64,000 bases of DNA, from assembly GCF_041956535.1 (NCBI RefSeq), contig NW_027192225.1, positions 64,890 through 128,889 of the forward strand, read 5' to 3'. Each line of letters begins with the position of its first letter. The first letter of the stretch is position 1. The notes under the pieces were generated by a model, which had not been told where the DNA came from, did not search any database, and was given only the letters and a program-made list of their open reading frames with translations. Positions 23,513-37,152 of this stretch are shown here, piece after piece. Source of the DNA: Calcarisporiella thermophila CBS 279.70. Its lineage: Eukaryota; Fungi; Calcarisporiellomycota. The position numbers and the translations under genes were made by a program.

Positions 23513-24777
23513 TTAGTCGCTCTCACGGTTCTTCCTTTGAAGGGAAGATGTGAGGGTATAGAAGGTTTCCAGATACGGCAGCTGTATCTCCGGGTCGCGC
23601 TGCTTGGCTGCCCTCAACATTTCTCCAAAAATGACCTCGGTCTCTAACGGTTTGCCACGCTCGTAATCGAGAACAATGGAGCTTTTGAAGTCATCCTTTA
23701 CAATGTTGCGGGCCAGCTCTTTGACGCGATGCATCACTTTAAGTGGGATAGGATGACCGGCGACAACGGATGCGCGGACCCCGTCCTCGACCATGCGGTC
23801 CACGAGACGGCAGAGGTCTGGCGAACTCCAAACGCTCTTGGAATCGATGCCACCGGCGAGGAGCTGCACTCCCGAAAAACTAGCGTTCCTGTTAAATGGG
23901 ATTCGTGGTTAGCTCGGAGGCAAACAAAACCCCTCGATCCCTATACTCAGGATAGCCACCAGATGGTTTTCTCCCATCGCGCCGCTTGAATATCTTCCTC
24001 GATCTGAGCATCGACCCCGCCCGCCACCAACAGCTCAACCGTTTCATGCAGCGCCGCCTTCTGCAGGGCGGAATCCATCTCCGGTTGCGGGCACACACCC
24101 ACCTTGAACTTCTCAGTACCCGTCTGCACTATCCCATTATTCTGCTGCGTCGCAGCCACGTAGAGCACAGAAGAGATGATGGGGTTCTTCGGGAAATGCT
24201 TCAGGATGGGGGTCTCGACGCCTGCCAAACGACAATATGGAGAAAGGTAAATGGGGACAGAAAAGGGGAGGAACAATACTTTGCGGGTTACCTAGCCCAT
24301 TTTGCGCTAGGACTATCCTAGTTTTCCCCTCGACCACGGCCGGTTTTATCATGGTAGGAATGCTGTAGACATCGGGGAGGGCCTTTAAAGTGACCAGGAT
24401 CAAATCGGGCTCGGTATCGAGCTCTTTGACGCTCTTCACCACTGGGGGGGGGGGTAGGAACAATGGGTGGTCTGGTAAACTTCACATGCATGCACTCATG
24501 GTCATGACAATGCCGCACTTACCATTATCGGGTGTCCATTGAGCATCTCCCCACTTTTCCGATTTGATAAGGAATCCCTCTTGCTTTACCTGCCCATAGT
24601 TCGACCGACAGACTGTAGTCACTCGGGCCCCAGCGACGGAAAGCCTCCATGCGTACAAGCCGCCCACTGCACCCGTTCCAACTTCAAAAGAGACAATAAT
24701 GTAGAATTGGCTCGTGGAATCAATGCCAATGGATCACAATGGGATGGCTTACCGACAAGAATGTTACGCTGAGTCAT
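23513..24777 (-). CDS. Ketopantoate reductase (PanE/ApbA family)
   Basis: NILV|VGTGAVGGLY (Rossmann fold), DLILVTLKALP, IVLAQNGL|GVE, RWEK, FKSSIVLDYERGKPLETEVIFG. Multi-exon. Confidence 0.9.
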
Positions 24778-26588
24778 TCTACGAGGATGTTGAGTCTTGG
24801 GGAAAGTGGAATGCAGCAGCAATAGACTTGTGTCTGCCTCTGCAATTCTCTGTTCCTCTGGAGTATTTTGTCAGTCTGAGTCAGTGGCAGAACAGGTCGA
24901 TTTTAAGAGGAGTTTCAGCCGAGGACCCCACTGTATAATTGACCGATTCGAGCTTTCCCACTGCAGTGTTTCCTCGGTCAATTCGGATTATCTAGAGATG
25001 ATCGCTATTATCAGTTCTCAGATGGAAACAGATAGCTTTGTTACTCGAGAAGCATAGCCTGCAAATTCCCCGCCGGTGTCTTCGCTAACCATGAATAAAG
25101 GACTCTCGCTTCTCGTATCTGACGCTGCCGCACTACTAAAGTTGCGCCTAAGTTGGGATCAGCCCTCTTCCCCCACCCTCACTGAGGGATTGTGGGGGTG
25201 AGGCCAAGGACAGCGCGGTTCAAAAGCGCTTTCTCAAACCCCCCTATCCTGCCAATCCATCGCAAATTGCTCCCAGGCCCATATGGTTTCCACCTGTTCC
25301 CCAAGTTTCAACTGCTTGCTGTCCTCTAGCGTGGGCGTGCCGTGCACGGTTTCATGGATATGAAAACGCTCCTTTTTCGTGGCTCGTACCAGGGCCGGTC
25401 CAAAGCGTGGATTCTGTCTTTGATTCTACACAGGGGTGTGACGCCTATATCGCGGCAGAATCAACCATGTTTTTCTTTGCTCTACTCGCCAGGACGGCCA
25501 TTTCATCGGGATGGAGGGGGGATCCATCCCCATCCTCATCCTACTTAGCCATGGCATTCGCGTTACCGCGCGGCCCTTGTCAGGCCCTATACTGCTCTCG
25601 AGCCAATAAGGGTCGAACCTTCACGTTTCACTCGGTCTCAGACTGGACATTGATCACCAGATCATGGCGTTTCAGAAAAGCATGTGTGTTAGATGAATGG
25701 GGGGACAGGATGACAAGGTGCCCGGTAGCCCAAGCGCCGGCCTGCTCACCCGAGTACTCTGCCCGCTGGCCCGCCAAAGCCTGAGGCCGACGGCCACCAC
25801 GGCCGGCAGCCCAAACACTGGAGCCGGAAATCGAGTGGCAAACTCTATTGGCATGGTTTTTTAATCATCCTACATGGGGGCGAATCAGCGCCTGTCCGTG
25901 GCTGAAATCCTGATCTGAATGGCGATATTTCGAAGGATCTCCGTAAGAAAGTTAGAAACAGCCCTCTTTTTCGTAAAGCGGCATTGGCATGCACGACTCT
26001 CGGCTTTCGTGACGGCGTGAAACAGACTAGGCCTTTTTTTCCCTCTGCCCCTTCTCCCGCCCATTGCCGCCGGCCCCCGTACAGCGGCAAAGCGAGGGCT
26101 GCTTCCAATGGTTACCTAATGATGGTTTGCTTTCGGGTTTCAAGAAAGCTACCTTGGCACGCACGCAGCTGCGGACCAAACCCGAGCAAGCCCATGCATC
26201 AGCCGCCCTTCCTCCTGGGCCAAGGCCGCCGGCGATGAGGACCGTAGGGGCCAGGGGCTAGCCCCGCCGTCGGCTGGAGAGGTGCCCGTGGCTGGCTTCA
26301 ACTCCAGGGGGGGGGTCCAAATAAGCAAACTAGAATTTCCGTAGAGCTTCCGGCTCACGGTCCCACTCTGTCAATGTTGTTCCAAGCGGGATTTATTTCA
26401 TAGATTGCGAGGCCCCCGTTATACTAGTGTGCGAAAATAGCCTAATAAAAGAAACAGGTTACACGCACTGGTGGCTTAGCCGCTGTTCGAACAACGAAGC
26501 GTGGTTTGGTTATTTTTTTTTTTCGCTTTTTCCATGTTTCCCCACTCTTAAATATCTCTCCTTTTTTTTTTCTCCTCCTTTCCCACTT

Positions 26589-28696
26589 ATGTCAAAGACA
26601 TGCATCACAACATCCACAATGCCTGTTAGCGCACCTGTTGTCTTGGTTAATGAGAAAAACATCGTCAGCGACCGCAAGAGCCAATGTCCTCTGCAGCCCT
26701 GCGATACTTGCCGTGCCCGAAAGGTAAATCTTAATATAGCTGGCCCATAGTGATCTCCGGCACCAATATGTCTCCTGGACTTCGCCTTAGGTCTGGTGTA
26801 GCCTGGACTGGCCGTCATGCACCCGATGCAAGCGCCTCAAACTGGAGTGCGTCTACAAGACGGACATGGAGTCGGAGGACTTTCTCCGGGTCCTGTTCCA
26901 GCGGATCAACCAGGCCGCAAGTCGAGTGCGCCAGCTGGAGCAGGAGCTGGAGCAGAAGAAGGAATCAGGCACGCTGCGATCTCATGAGGAGAAAATCGGC
27001 GACAATCATCCCGCCAATCAAATTATTCAGCTGCCAATGGGATGGCAGGTAGTGAACACCCCCTCAGGGCTTGGGATTCAAACGAATCTGAGGAGCATCA
27101 ATGATCTGGTGCACTTCACCCAGTTCCATCTGGGCAAGCAGGGCTTGCCCAACGACTGGGGAGTCTTCTCACGCGGGGCTATGGGGCAGACCCGCCAACA
27201 TCTCCGCAGCGACATCTCGATCACCTTTATCCGGCAGTATGGACTCTACTCGGCCTCTTCTCTGCGGGCAGCCGGCCAACTCGATCCTCCCAGCGACACT
27301 CATCCACATGACCATGCGCTGGTGCCAACCACAAAGAGCTTTGATAGCCACCTTATCGACATGTTGGTACACATCGTGCGAGTTTGTCCTTTTCTCTACC
27401 GGGTCATGGATGCCCAGGAGTTTGTCGACGACTACATGCAGAACAACCTCGATCCCCTCGTGAAATGGTCCGTCCTGGCCTGGACGGCGCGCCACGCCTA
27501 TCATGGGCACCGTGTGAACTTCCGCGAGGAGTTGCCGATCTTCGCCGAGATTGCGTATGAAAAAGCCCGTGAGCTCTTGGTAAGCTTCTGCTGAGTACAC
27601 CCTCCCCCATGGTCTTCTCCCTTCCCTCTCTTACTAACGCCCTTTCCTCTCTCCCTCCCCCCATTTGGCCTGGTTGATTCGGCATTGTAGGAAGATCGGT
27701 TTGATGAGCCTTCCATCAAGACGGTGGTTGCTGCCCTTGCCCTCCATCATTACACCCTCTACTCTGTAAAGCACTTCACCTATCTAGATCTTGCGCGGCA
27801 GCATATCTCCTCACTCAGCAACAGCCAGTCCACCGTCAAACTGGACATGCGGCAGGCCGGTCGCTTCCGCCGCGCATTATGGAGCGTCCGACTCCTCGAG
27901 TACCTCATGCACATCTACGTGGACATCTCACGGCCCGTGCAGGAGGTTCCCCCTGACGGAAACGACACCACAACCACCCCCTACCATAGCCCCGAGACAG
28001 CCTTTAGCATTACCTGCGATATTCATGGGTGTCAAACCCTGTCAACCCTCTCGCAAATGCTGAAGCGTAAAGAGGAGTTCGAGTTAGAGGAGGAGTTTGC
28101 CGAGGTGATGGAGGGAGGATTGCTGGAGTGCGATCGCATTCGTCCCAACATGACGCGGATGAACCTGCGCACGCAGATGCCAACCACCGTGTTCTATTAC
28201 ATATCGGAGTACGAGCTGGCCAACCTGACCATGTTTGCCCATGTTTACCTTGGCCTCTTCATGAAATTGACCACGGGAGAAAGGGCCGGGCAGCGTAGCC
28301 GCTGGACCTCGGCCGAACGGCATGCCTATGACCTATGTCGAAGCAAGGCAAACCAAATCGTCGAGATTATACAGCGGCTGGCGGAGGTCGGGATACTCTG
28401 TCTGGTAAGCACTCTGACCCACTCCTTTGAGTGGTCCTCCACGCATATCCGACTAATACCATGGGGGTTTTTTTTTGCAATAGATTTCCGACAAAGCCGA
28501 CCCCATTAACACCGCCTTCCGGATTCACCGGCGCATATGCCAAAAATCCACCAAGTCAGCGGAGCGCGAGGAGGCCCTCCGCTACCTTCGCGTGTCTTAC
28601 GCAGTGATCCAACTCTGTGCATCCATTAAACTACGCCATTCGGCGGCAATCAAGGAGAAGATGGAGGCCTTCCTGGTGAAAGGAATCGTTATGTGA
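26589..28696 (+). CDS. Zn(II)2Cys6 fungal transcription factor
   Basis: PCDTCRARK|VWCSLDWPSCTRCKRLKLECVY across an intron, then a coiled coil (RVRQLEQELE) and a fungal TF middle-region-like segment (RFRRALWSV). Confidence 0.9.
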
Positions 28697-29472
28697 TTAT
28701 TTTTATTTAAACAACCAAAATTAATAGGCCGTACTGGCATCCCCCCCCCCCCAAGTAAAAAAAAAGAAGAGGATGGCCCCCCTCCTTCGCTTGGATTGTT
28801 ATTTGCACTTTTGTCTCAATTTATATATATATGAACATATATATATATCTGTATATTTTCAGTTTTCTATTTTTTTCCTCTTATTTTTTCATTTCCTTTA
28901 CGCAAGTTTAGTTTTAATATTTGTATTTTCTCCCGTTATTTTGTTCCCTCTCCTCCATCCTTCTTTACCCTTTGTATATTTATTCTATGTTTGTTTTTGA
29001 TTTGTTTTTCGCCCTCTTAGAACCATGGTATAGTTTCGAGTATTCAATCCAACTTGGAAATAGATATAGCCAAATTTGCGGTAGTCGCATAGGTGGTATA
29101 AGAAATGGAAGGGGGGTTGGTTGGGAGAAGAGCTCTGCCAGCCATCGCCACAATAGGTCATGCAATTTTGCATATTAATTCAAGCATGGAGCTAGTTTCA
29201 AAATAACTTGCCCTTTCCATAAGGATGGCGCTTTTATTGAGCGCCTTAGAGTTCGAGTCCAGTGCCGACTTCTATGGGAGGGAGGATGACTCTCCTATAT
29301 CAGGCAAGTTTCACAGTGTCCTTTCCTTTTGGAAGGCTCTTGCTTGCCAATATTAGCACGACCTAGAGATCGCACCGTTTCATGGGGAAAGCCGTCACAT
29401 AGTAAGTCACACGAGTAAACAAAATAATCTCCATGCTCGCTCCTCTCTAGACCCGCAAGGAGTTCATATCCC

Positions 29473-32440
29473 ATGTCCGGTAAAAAAGACCCCCACCCTA
29501 AGAAGACATCGAGTTTGACGATCGAACCGATTTCCCGCTGGCATGATGCATCGCTCCCCCCGCTCTCCGGTAGCTCGATGAAGCCGCTCTCCGATGCGGC
29601 GATCGCGGAGCGCCTCGAGAAGGCGACCGCGCTACTCGCAGAGGAAAACGCGGCCTACGAGCGAAGCGCTGAAATCTCCTCTTCGGATCGTGCCTTCCTC
29701 TCCACCGTAATGCAGTCTGGAACGCTCAATGATCGGATTTCAGCGCTGACCTTGGTGGTGCAGGAATCGCCCCTGCATGCCATGAAAACGCTGGAGACCC
29801 TCATGGGCATGGCGCGAAAGAAGAGCAGGAAGGAAGCAGTGATGGCCATTACAAGCTTGAAGGATTTATTGGTCGGGTCGGTGCTCCCTGACCGAAAGCT
29901 AAAGTAATTATTCAAACTTGGGCGCCAAGATGGCATCGATTCTAATCTCGTTCTCTTTTTAATTTTGTAATCCCCTCTCTTTGATAGGTACTTCCGAGAT
30001 CAGCCGCTGACCGATCCCAAAGTGGCACCAACCCATCTGATCATGTGGGCGTTTGAGGATTTTTTGAAAAAACAATATTTCGAATTACTCCAAATCATTG
30101 AGGTAGGTGACCATGATACCCCCCCTGACTGCATGTCGGTTTGCATTGATTCCTCTTATGTATCCTCCTCATTATACAATGTCTCAGCTCTTGTCCCATG
30201 ATCCACTTGTCCATGTCCGCCGAAGCATTGTCTCCGTGATCTACGAGCTGCTCGCTGCCAAGCCTGAGCAGGAGCAGAACTTACTCCGCCTCCTGGTCAA
30301 TAAGCTCGGCGATCAAGAGAATAAAATTGCGTCCAAGACCTCGTACCTCTTGCATGAGCTTCTGGTCGCTCACCCCGGCATGAAGCTTATTGTGGCCCGT
30401 GAGATCGAGGAGCTTGCCTGCCGGCCCAACGTGTCCGAAAAGGCGCAATACTACGGCGTCATCACCCTGAATCAGACCATTCTCTCTGCACGCGAAGTGG
30501 ACGTGGCCAATAAGTTGGTCGAAATCTATTTTGTTCTCTTCCGGCGTATCCTACACCAAAGCGAGATGAGCGAGAAGAGTGCGCGAAATGGGAACGAGGC
30601 CTCGAAGAAGCAGTCCCACGGCAAGCCAAAGCGGAAAAGCGATGGGAAGCTGAAGAAGCCGGAAGAGGAGGAGGAGGCCGTGAACTCGAAGATGGTCGCC
30701 GCGATCTTGACTGGGGTGAATCGTGCATTCCCGTTCGCCAAGGTGGAAGACTCCGTCTTTGAGGGTCATATGGACACCCTGTTCCGCATCACACACAAGG
30801 GAACTTTCAATGTGAGTGTACAGGCACTCGTTCTGATTTTCCAGGTGTCATCCATCAAACAGGTAAGTTTTCTTGGTCGAGTCGGCCTAGATTAATCATG
30901 ACCCCCCCCCCCCTTTGACTTACTTTTTCTCTCGGCTCTTCGACCCTTAGTCGGTCTCCGATCGATTCTATCGCACCCTTTACGAATCTCTACTCGATCG
31001 CCGTTTAATCACATCGTCCAAACAGGCGATGTATCTAAATCTCCTGTTTAAAGCGCTCAAAGTGGATACGGCGATGGCCCGTGTGAAAGCCTTTGTAAAG
31101 CGTATCGTCCAGGTGATTGCATACCACCAGCCTCCCTTTATCTGTGGTGCATTCTTTCTTCTATCACAGGTAGGAAAGTTGTGTGTTTCTAATTGTATGC
31201 ATGGTTATTAAACTTTCTTTTATTATTCAGCTTATGGCGGCTCACCCTGGCGTACGTGCCTTGATCGAACAGCCGGAGGAGGATGATGAGGAGGAGCATT
31301 TTGTCGACGCTCCTGACGAAGATGAGGATATTCCCGTCTCAGACAAGCCAAAGCCAACAAAAAAGGCGGAGGCGGAGGAGAAGAAGAATGAAGACAAGGA
31401 TAAATATGACGGGAGAAAGAGAGATCCCCTTTACTCTAATGCCAATAGGACATGTCTTTGGGAGCTGGTAGGTCTTTTTTTTCCCTTATTAGTTGACGTG
31501 TGTGTTGACGCATCGGCCCAATTGCTTAGATTCCTTTCACATCTCATTTCCACCCGACCGTCTCCCTCTATGCAAAACAACTTATCGAGAACGTGCCCAT
31601 CCAATCCAAGCCCGACCTGCATATCCACACCCTCGCCCACTTCCTCGATCGATTTGTATACCGTAATCCCAAGAAACCCAATACCAAGGGCGCCTCTATT
31701 ATGCAGCCCTCCGCAGGCGCTCACCATCCAGGCCGTGTTACACTGAGCCGTGGCGCACCCGGCGCGGCCGAGGTTCCAGTCAACTCGGAAGAGTTCTGGC
31801 GTCAACGCGTTGAGGATGTTCCGGTGGACCAGGTGTTCTTCCACACTTACTTCACCCAGAAAATGTCGGCCACCGATTCAAAGTCACGTCGCAAGAAGGC
31901 CGACAAGGGAGAGGGAGAGGGAGATGAGGAGGATGAGATATGGCGCGCCATGCTGAACAGTATGCCGGGCGGCTTTGGAGAGGAGGAGGATGAAGATGAC
32001 GAAGATATGGATGAGGACTTGATGGAGATGATGAGTGAGGAGGAAGGAGAGGAGGAGATGGAGGGGGAGGAGAGAGACGAGCAAGACGACGGAGAGGAGG
32101 AGGTGGAGGAATTAGAGGGAGAGGACGAAGGTTTGGATGAAGGCGAGGTGTCAGAAGATCTGGATGGCTTCGACTTTGGAGAGGAGGAGGACGATTTGAT
32201 ACCTAGTGACGAGGAGGAGGAGGAGGAGGAGGCGGACGAAGAGGAAACTACAAGTAAAGGTATGTTCACTTGCAGATCCCGGCTTCTATTTCCGGAACGC
32301 TTCTGTGCGCGCACCCGGTTATTGACGCTTTATTACCCCTCTGAATAGGCCGCTCCAAGAAGCGACGAAAGACAGCGAAAGATCTGCCTGTGTTTGCTTC
32401 GTTTGACGACTACGCCCATTTGCTTCAGGATCAAGATTGA
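29473..32440 (+). CDS. MAK21: 60S ribosome biogenesis factor Mak21/Noc1 (CBF domain)
   Basis: [72 protein letters not shown], acidic tail, [14 protein letters not shown]. Multi-exon. Confidence 0.95.
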
Positions 32441-32795
32441 TATTGATTTATTTAAACCATTTCCATCCCATCTCTTATAATAGAGTCTCCACTTTTAATA
32501 TCTTCTATCCTCGTCTTCATTATCCTGTCTTCTGGCAGCAAAGTTGGTTTTCAAATAGATAGCTTTCCAAACGGACTCTTTTCAGTAAAAAAAAAATACA
32601 CTTATTGATCCATGTATTACCACTGTGATCACACGCTGGAGAAACCTTGGGGTGGCAATATGCAAGTCATGTAGCTAAAGCTTTGAGGTCAAATTTCGCA
32701 AATGATCTTTACCCTCTCCAACAATTAAGAAATATAATATAAAAGGTTTATTTACAAATAATAAAATAGGTAAAAGGAATATCAAAAATCGAGAA

Positions 32796-34188
32796 CTAGT
32801 CATCCTCTTCTCCGAAGGTAATCTTCGTGCCTTTGAATTCGGCGATGGTCGGCCGTTGTCTCTGGGCCGTTGCAAGGACAGCACCCGGCTTCTGACGTTC
32901 ATTCTTTGTTGCCCCGCCTTTCTCTTCTTTCTCATTTTGGGGTTTCTCAGTGTGGTTTGCGGTTCCTCCTGACTCGGAATCCGCTGCTTCCAGGTCCTCC
33001 TCGTTCACCCTCCTCACCCTCTTGCCAGATCCCCGTTGTGTGGCCTCCTCGGATCCGAATTCCAGTCGAAGTTTTCGGCCATCAAGATATCTCTTTTGGG
33101 GATCTAAAAGGGCCTTAGTTGCCGCGGCCACCTCGGTGAAGTCAATGTAAGCAAACCTAGCAAACCGATACATCATGAGATTCTCGGGGGGGAAAATTCT
33201 TGAAGAACATATAAATAATTAGCCAGCGTACATACCCTTTGCATTTCCCGCTATCCTCAAATGTGGCAAGCCGGATTTTACGGATGGTCCCACAGTCCGC
33301 GAAAAGGGCTTTGATGGTATCCTTCGTCGTCTCGAAACTCAAGTTTCCAATAAAGAGGGTCGGGCTTGGCGAGTGCTTCTGGGATTTTAGCAGCCTTTCG
33401 GTCTTCTTTGGATCACGCGTCACCGCAGTGACAGCAAGGGTGTTCGCCGATTTAGGAGGAGGAGGTTTTGCGCCCTTCACCTCGTAGTCCTTGGAGTGCT
33501 TTATGAGGACGTTTCGACCATCGAGCATGGATTCGCTCAAAGCAATGGCAATTTGAGCTGCGCTAGGGGATTCAAAGTCGACATAGGCAAAGCTAGCATG
33601 GAGATGAAGAATATTTACAGATATAGAATCAATCGGAACGATCAGCCTCATCCATTAGAAGGCTTACCCCTTATTGAGCTTGCCATCCTGCGACTTTGGC
33701 AACAGCACTCGTGTAATATTCCCACAGTCCTTGAAAAACTCCTTCAGCGACTCCTCTGTTGTCCTGAAGGATAGGTTTCCGATCCAAATGCCATGCTCAC
33801 CCCGACGAAATGGATCTACTTTTGCCTTCTTTTTGGGTGCAGCGCTGTCATTCTTTTCGGGATTGCTTTCATGCTTCTCCCCCTCCTCCACTTCAGCAGA
33901 TTCTTTTTCGACGGAATTCTCCGGCGACTGATTGTCGTCTTCCGTGTCTCCCCGCTTCCTTTTCTTTAACTTCTCCTTTCTCTCCTTTCTTTTCTCCTTT
34001 CCACTCTTCTTTTCTCCCGCTATCTCACTCTCTGCTGAATCCCTCGAGCGCTTTTCCTTCTCCTTCTTCTGCTTCTTCTCCTTTTTTTGCTTGTCCTTCT
34101 TCTTCTTTTTGCTCTCCATTACCGTAGCATCTTTATGCAGTTCCATAAGGTTAAAGGGCTCGTCCATCTCGTCATTTCTGCTTGTCAT
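32796..34188 (-). CDS. NOP13: Nucleolar two-RRM protein Nop13
   Basis: Lys-rich N-terminus. GIWIGNLSFRTT..NKG|FAYVDF..LSESMLDGRNVLIK, then PTLFIGNLSFETT..CGTIRKIRLATFEDSGKCKG|FAYIDF. Confidence 0.85.
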
Positions 34189-34409
34189 GATTAGCTGAGG
34201 TTCCTCCTTGCATGCAACGGAAGGAATGAAATCCATTTTGTTTAGGTATTTCGGAGTTGCGATTGTGACTACCTCGAGCCAAGCCACCTACGTCACTAAA
34301 CGGCGTCAGCAGAGTTGTCTACTTGTTTTCTCGCTTTGCGCGATCCCATTTTATGATTCTGGAGGAACAACGTGCGGGACATTAGATTGATTACCAATAG
34401 TTCAGACGC

Positions 34410-36636
34410 ATGGATTCAATACGAAGACTCAGTGGTTTTTGGGGACGGTCCGAACGTCGCGAGCAGCGCCGCAACGTCACCCCTTACTCGCGCCCCCCAC
34501 CCAAACAAACCAAGCAGCCAACCAAGGAGCAGGAAGTAAGTATCGAACATGTATTTTCCGTGATGATCGAGGAACTCACGCTTCTATTACTGCACTCTCC
34601 TGTTCCGCTAGGGTGCAATCTGGTCTGTGATCAAATCCCTCACCCCCTTCAAACGAACACCGCAGCGCCAGCCCGAATCATCGACTAATGGTAATCTACG
34701 CATACTGCCGCCTGCGATCCTGCGAAATGAGGTGGACACCCCCACAAAGCCTAGAAACAAAGAGAAGCGCGTGCGAATCGATGAAAGCCAAAATGTAGAG
34801 TTGATTGCAGAGGCGGACACTAGCGAATTGAGCGAACGCTCAGTTGATGCTGATACCAGCGGCGAGTTCTTTGATGCAACCGAATCCTCATTTGTTCTAA
34901 AGGAGGGGGCGGCTGCAGCACAAAATAGCGCCGATGTCGACAGGTCGGATGCATCCGATTCCGAGGAAGAAAGCGACCAAATCAAGCCTGCCGCTAAAAA
35001 GAGCAGCATGCTTGATTCGGCGCCCAAACCTAATGACAGGGTGAGTGGGCAATTTTGGGGGGTACCTTTTGATTCAGATTTTGCTCATGAATGTTTGTTG
35101 AGGCAGGCGGCCAAACCAAAACCAATTGCATCCCTCGCTTCGCGCCGCAGCGACCTGAAAGAGCGCAATCTGTTAGGGGTTTCGCCGGCTTCCAAGCGCT
35201 CGATGAAAGTGGGGGATCGCTCGCGAAGTGGGTTTGGGTCCACCTCAGGGGTGGCCAGGCGGGCCCCGTCGAAGCTCGCGAAAACGGCACTGCCCGCCGA
35301 GCCCAATGGCAGTACCTTTTCACCTGCAAGCAGCATTGCCACCACCGACACTTCACGCTCTGCCGTGTCCACCTCCAAACGCCAGACCATGTCCTACCGC
35401 CGCCAGCAGGCGGCCCGCGAATCACGTGCTCGACTCATTGAAATGTGCCGTAAATTCATCAATGATCAGGAGGCACGTCCGCCTCCTATTTCGATTTTTT
35501 CCCGCCCCACCGCCGCCGCCGCCGCCGGCTCCTTGCCAAATCAAGCCCGGCGGAGCTCGGATGCATCCACAGCCTCATCCACCACCTCTATCTCACGGGA
35601 AGTGCAGAGCTCACAAGCCTCCAAGCCGTTTACAAATGCTCTCCGTAGGGAGGAGCCCGCTGCCATCCCGGTCTACTACTACGGGTCAGGATGGGGGCCA
35701 AACACGCGCCCCTATGAGCGTCGGAATAAACGCAAGCTTGGTTCACCAGAGCCGCCGCGCCGCTCACCGCCTGCCGAGCCAGAAAAGCCTGTTGAGAAAT
35801 CAGCCATCGCACCTCCGCCCGAGAAACGCGTACGGTTTGCCAAAGAGAATCAGATCAAATTCTTCTCTCCCGCCAGGGGGACTCCGGACAATTCGCTTAT
35901 TATGGACGCAGACAGCTCTCCCGTCGCACAGAAAACCGCTCCGTTCAACCTGTTCTCGAGCAGCATGCCCTCCCCCGACACTCACGCGTCCACTCAGCCC
36001 ACTTCCGTGGCTCCCCCCGTGCTCTCTTTCTCGTTCGGCCCTTCCGCTACTCCCACCGCCACCCCTGTAAAATTCAATTTTGCACCCTTCAAAACAACAC
36101 CACTCAGTGGTGTTTTCACCGCCTCATCCACCACCGACCAGCAAAAGCCCGCCGAGCCTGCTGCTACCACCCCGGCATCCTTGCCTTCAACCAGTGCTCC
36201 TCCAAGCATCCTCGCCAAATCCTCAGGCAACGCGCCCTTCACCAATCCGCCCTTTAAATTCGGCTCAATCCCGCTGTTTGGAACGCAACCGAAGCCCGCT
36301 GCTGACGCGCCTCCATTCAACCCGCCCGAATCCCAGGCTCCAGAGCGAAATTCACCCCCTCCGCCTGCAACCAGTTCCCCTTCAAAGCCCCCCTCATTCC
36401 TGGCCAAGCCTCCAATGGCCGTCCCCAATTTCTTTGCCGCGCCCTCGAAGCCACTTGCTGCAAGCAAGCCGGAGCTCAATTCAGTTACCATCATGCTCCC
36501 CGAGGTATCCGATGAAAACCCCGACTATTGCTTCCCCGCTCCGACGCGGCTCCACTATTTGGCCGAAGACGAAGTGCTCCTGAAGAAGATTTTGGCGCTC
36601 CCAGTTGAGGAGTTGCCCGTGTACACTTTCGAGTAG
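34410..36636 (+). CDS. Low-complexity protein, possibly nuclear-basket nucleoporin (Nup60-like)
   Basis: Two exons. N-terminal basic R..TPYSRP, amphipathic GAIWSVIKSLTPF, a helical segment, scattered FSFG/FNF/FKFG motifs, C-terminal LPVYTFE. Confidence 0.5.
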
Positions 36637-37152
36637 GTTGTGGGGAGAAGAAAGGCCGCCGCCACTTGGTTTTTGGGCGAAGAACTCGGGTTTCCATCGC
36701 CGACACCCTATCTTATTCGAACATTATATCATTTTATCCTTTTTTTTTATTGCTATTTCTTTCTCCCAGCTCTTCCAAATTATCCTATTTAGAGGAATTC
36801 TTTTGTTTCAACTTGTGGATGTAAATATTTACCCATTTATAAAAGCTTTTTTTTAATTTGAAACATGGCCTTCTTTATTGTATTTTTTTTTAAAAAAAGG
36901 TCATCCTCTTAAGAATTTTCGAGTTATTTATGTGAAAGTAAAGGATTGAAATATAACCTCGACACGACCTCTCAATCCGCCATTGTGGAAAAAAAAGAAA
37001 AAATCCCAAGCCACGAATTCTTGACACGGTCAGCTCTTTTCGTGCACCCAACCTCATCTTCTCTTCTCCTACATCTAATCCACCGTCTCCATTTTGCTTT
37101 GGTAGTTGACTGAACAGAGTCCTCCAAACCAGCAGCATCAACGTACATAAAC

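Noticed and set aside
25740-26300. CGG/CCG-rich stretch upstream of the Zn2Cys6 gene as autoregulatory sites
   Set aside because: Triplets are expected at this GC content and show no repeated fixed spacing.
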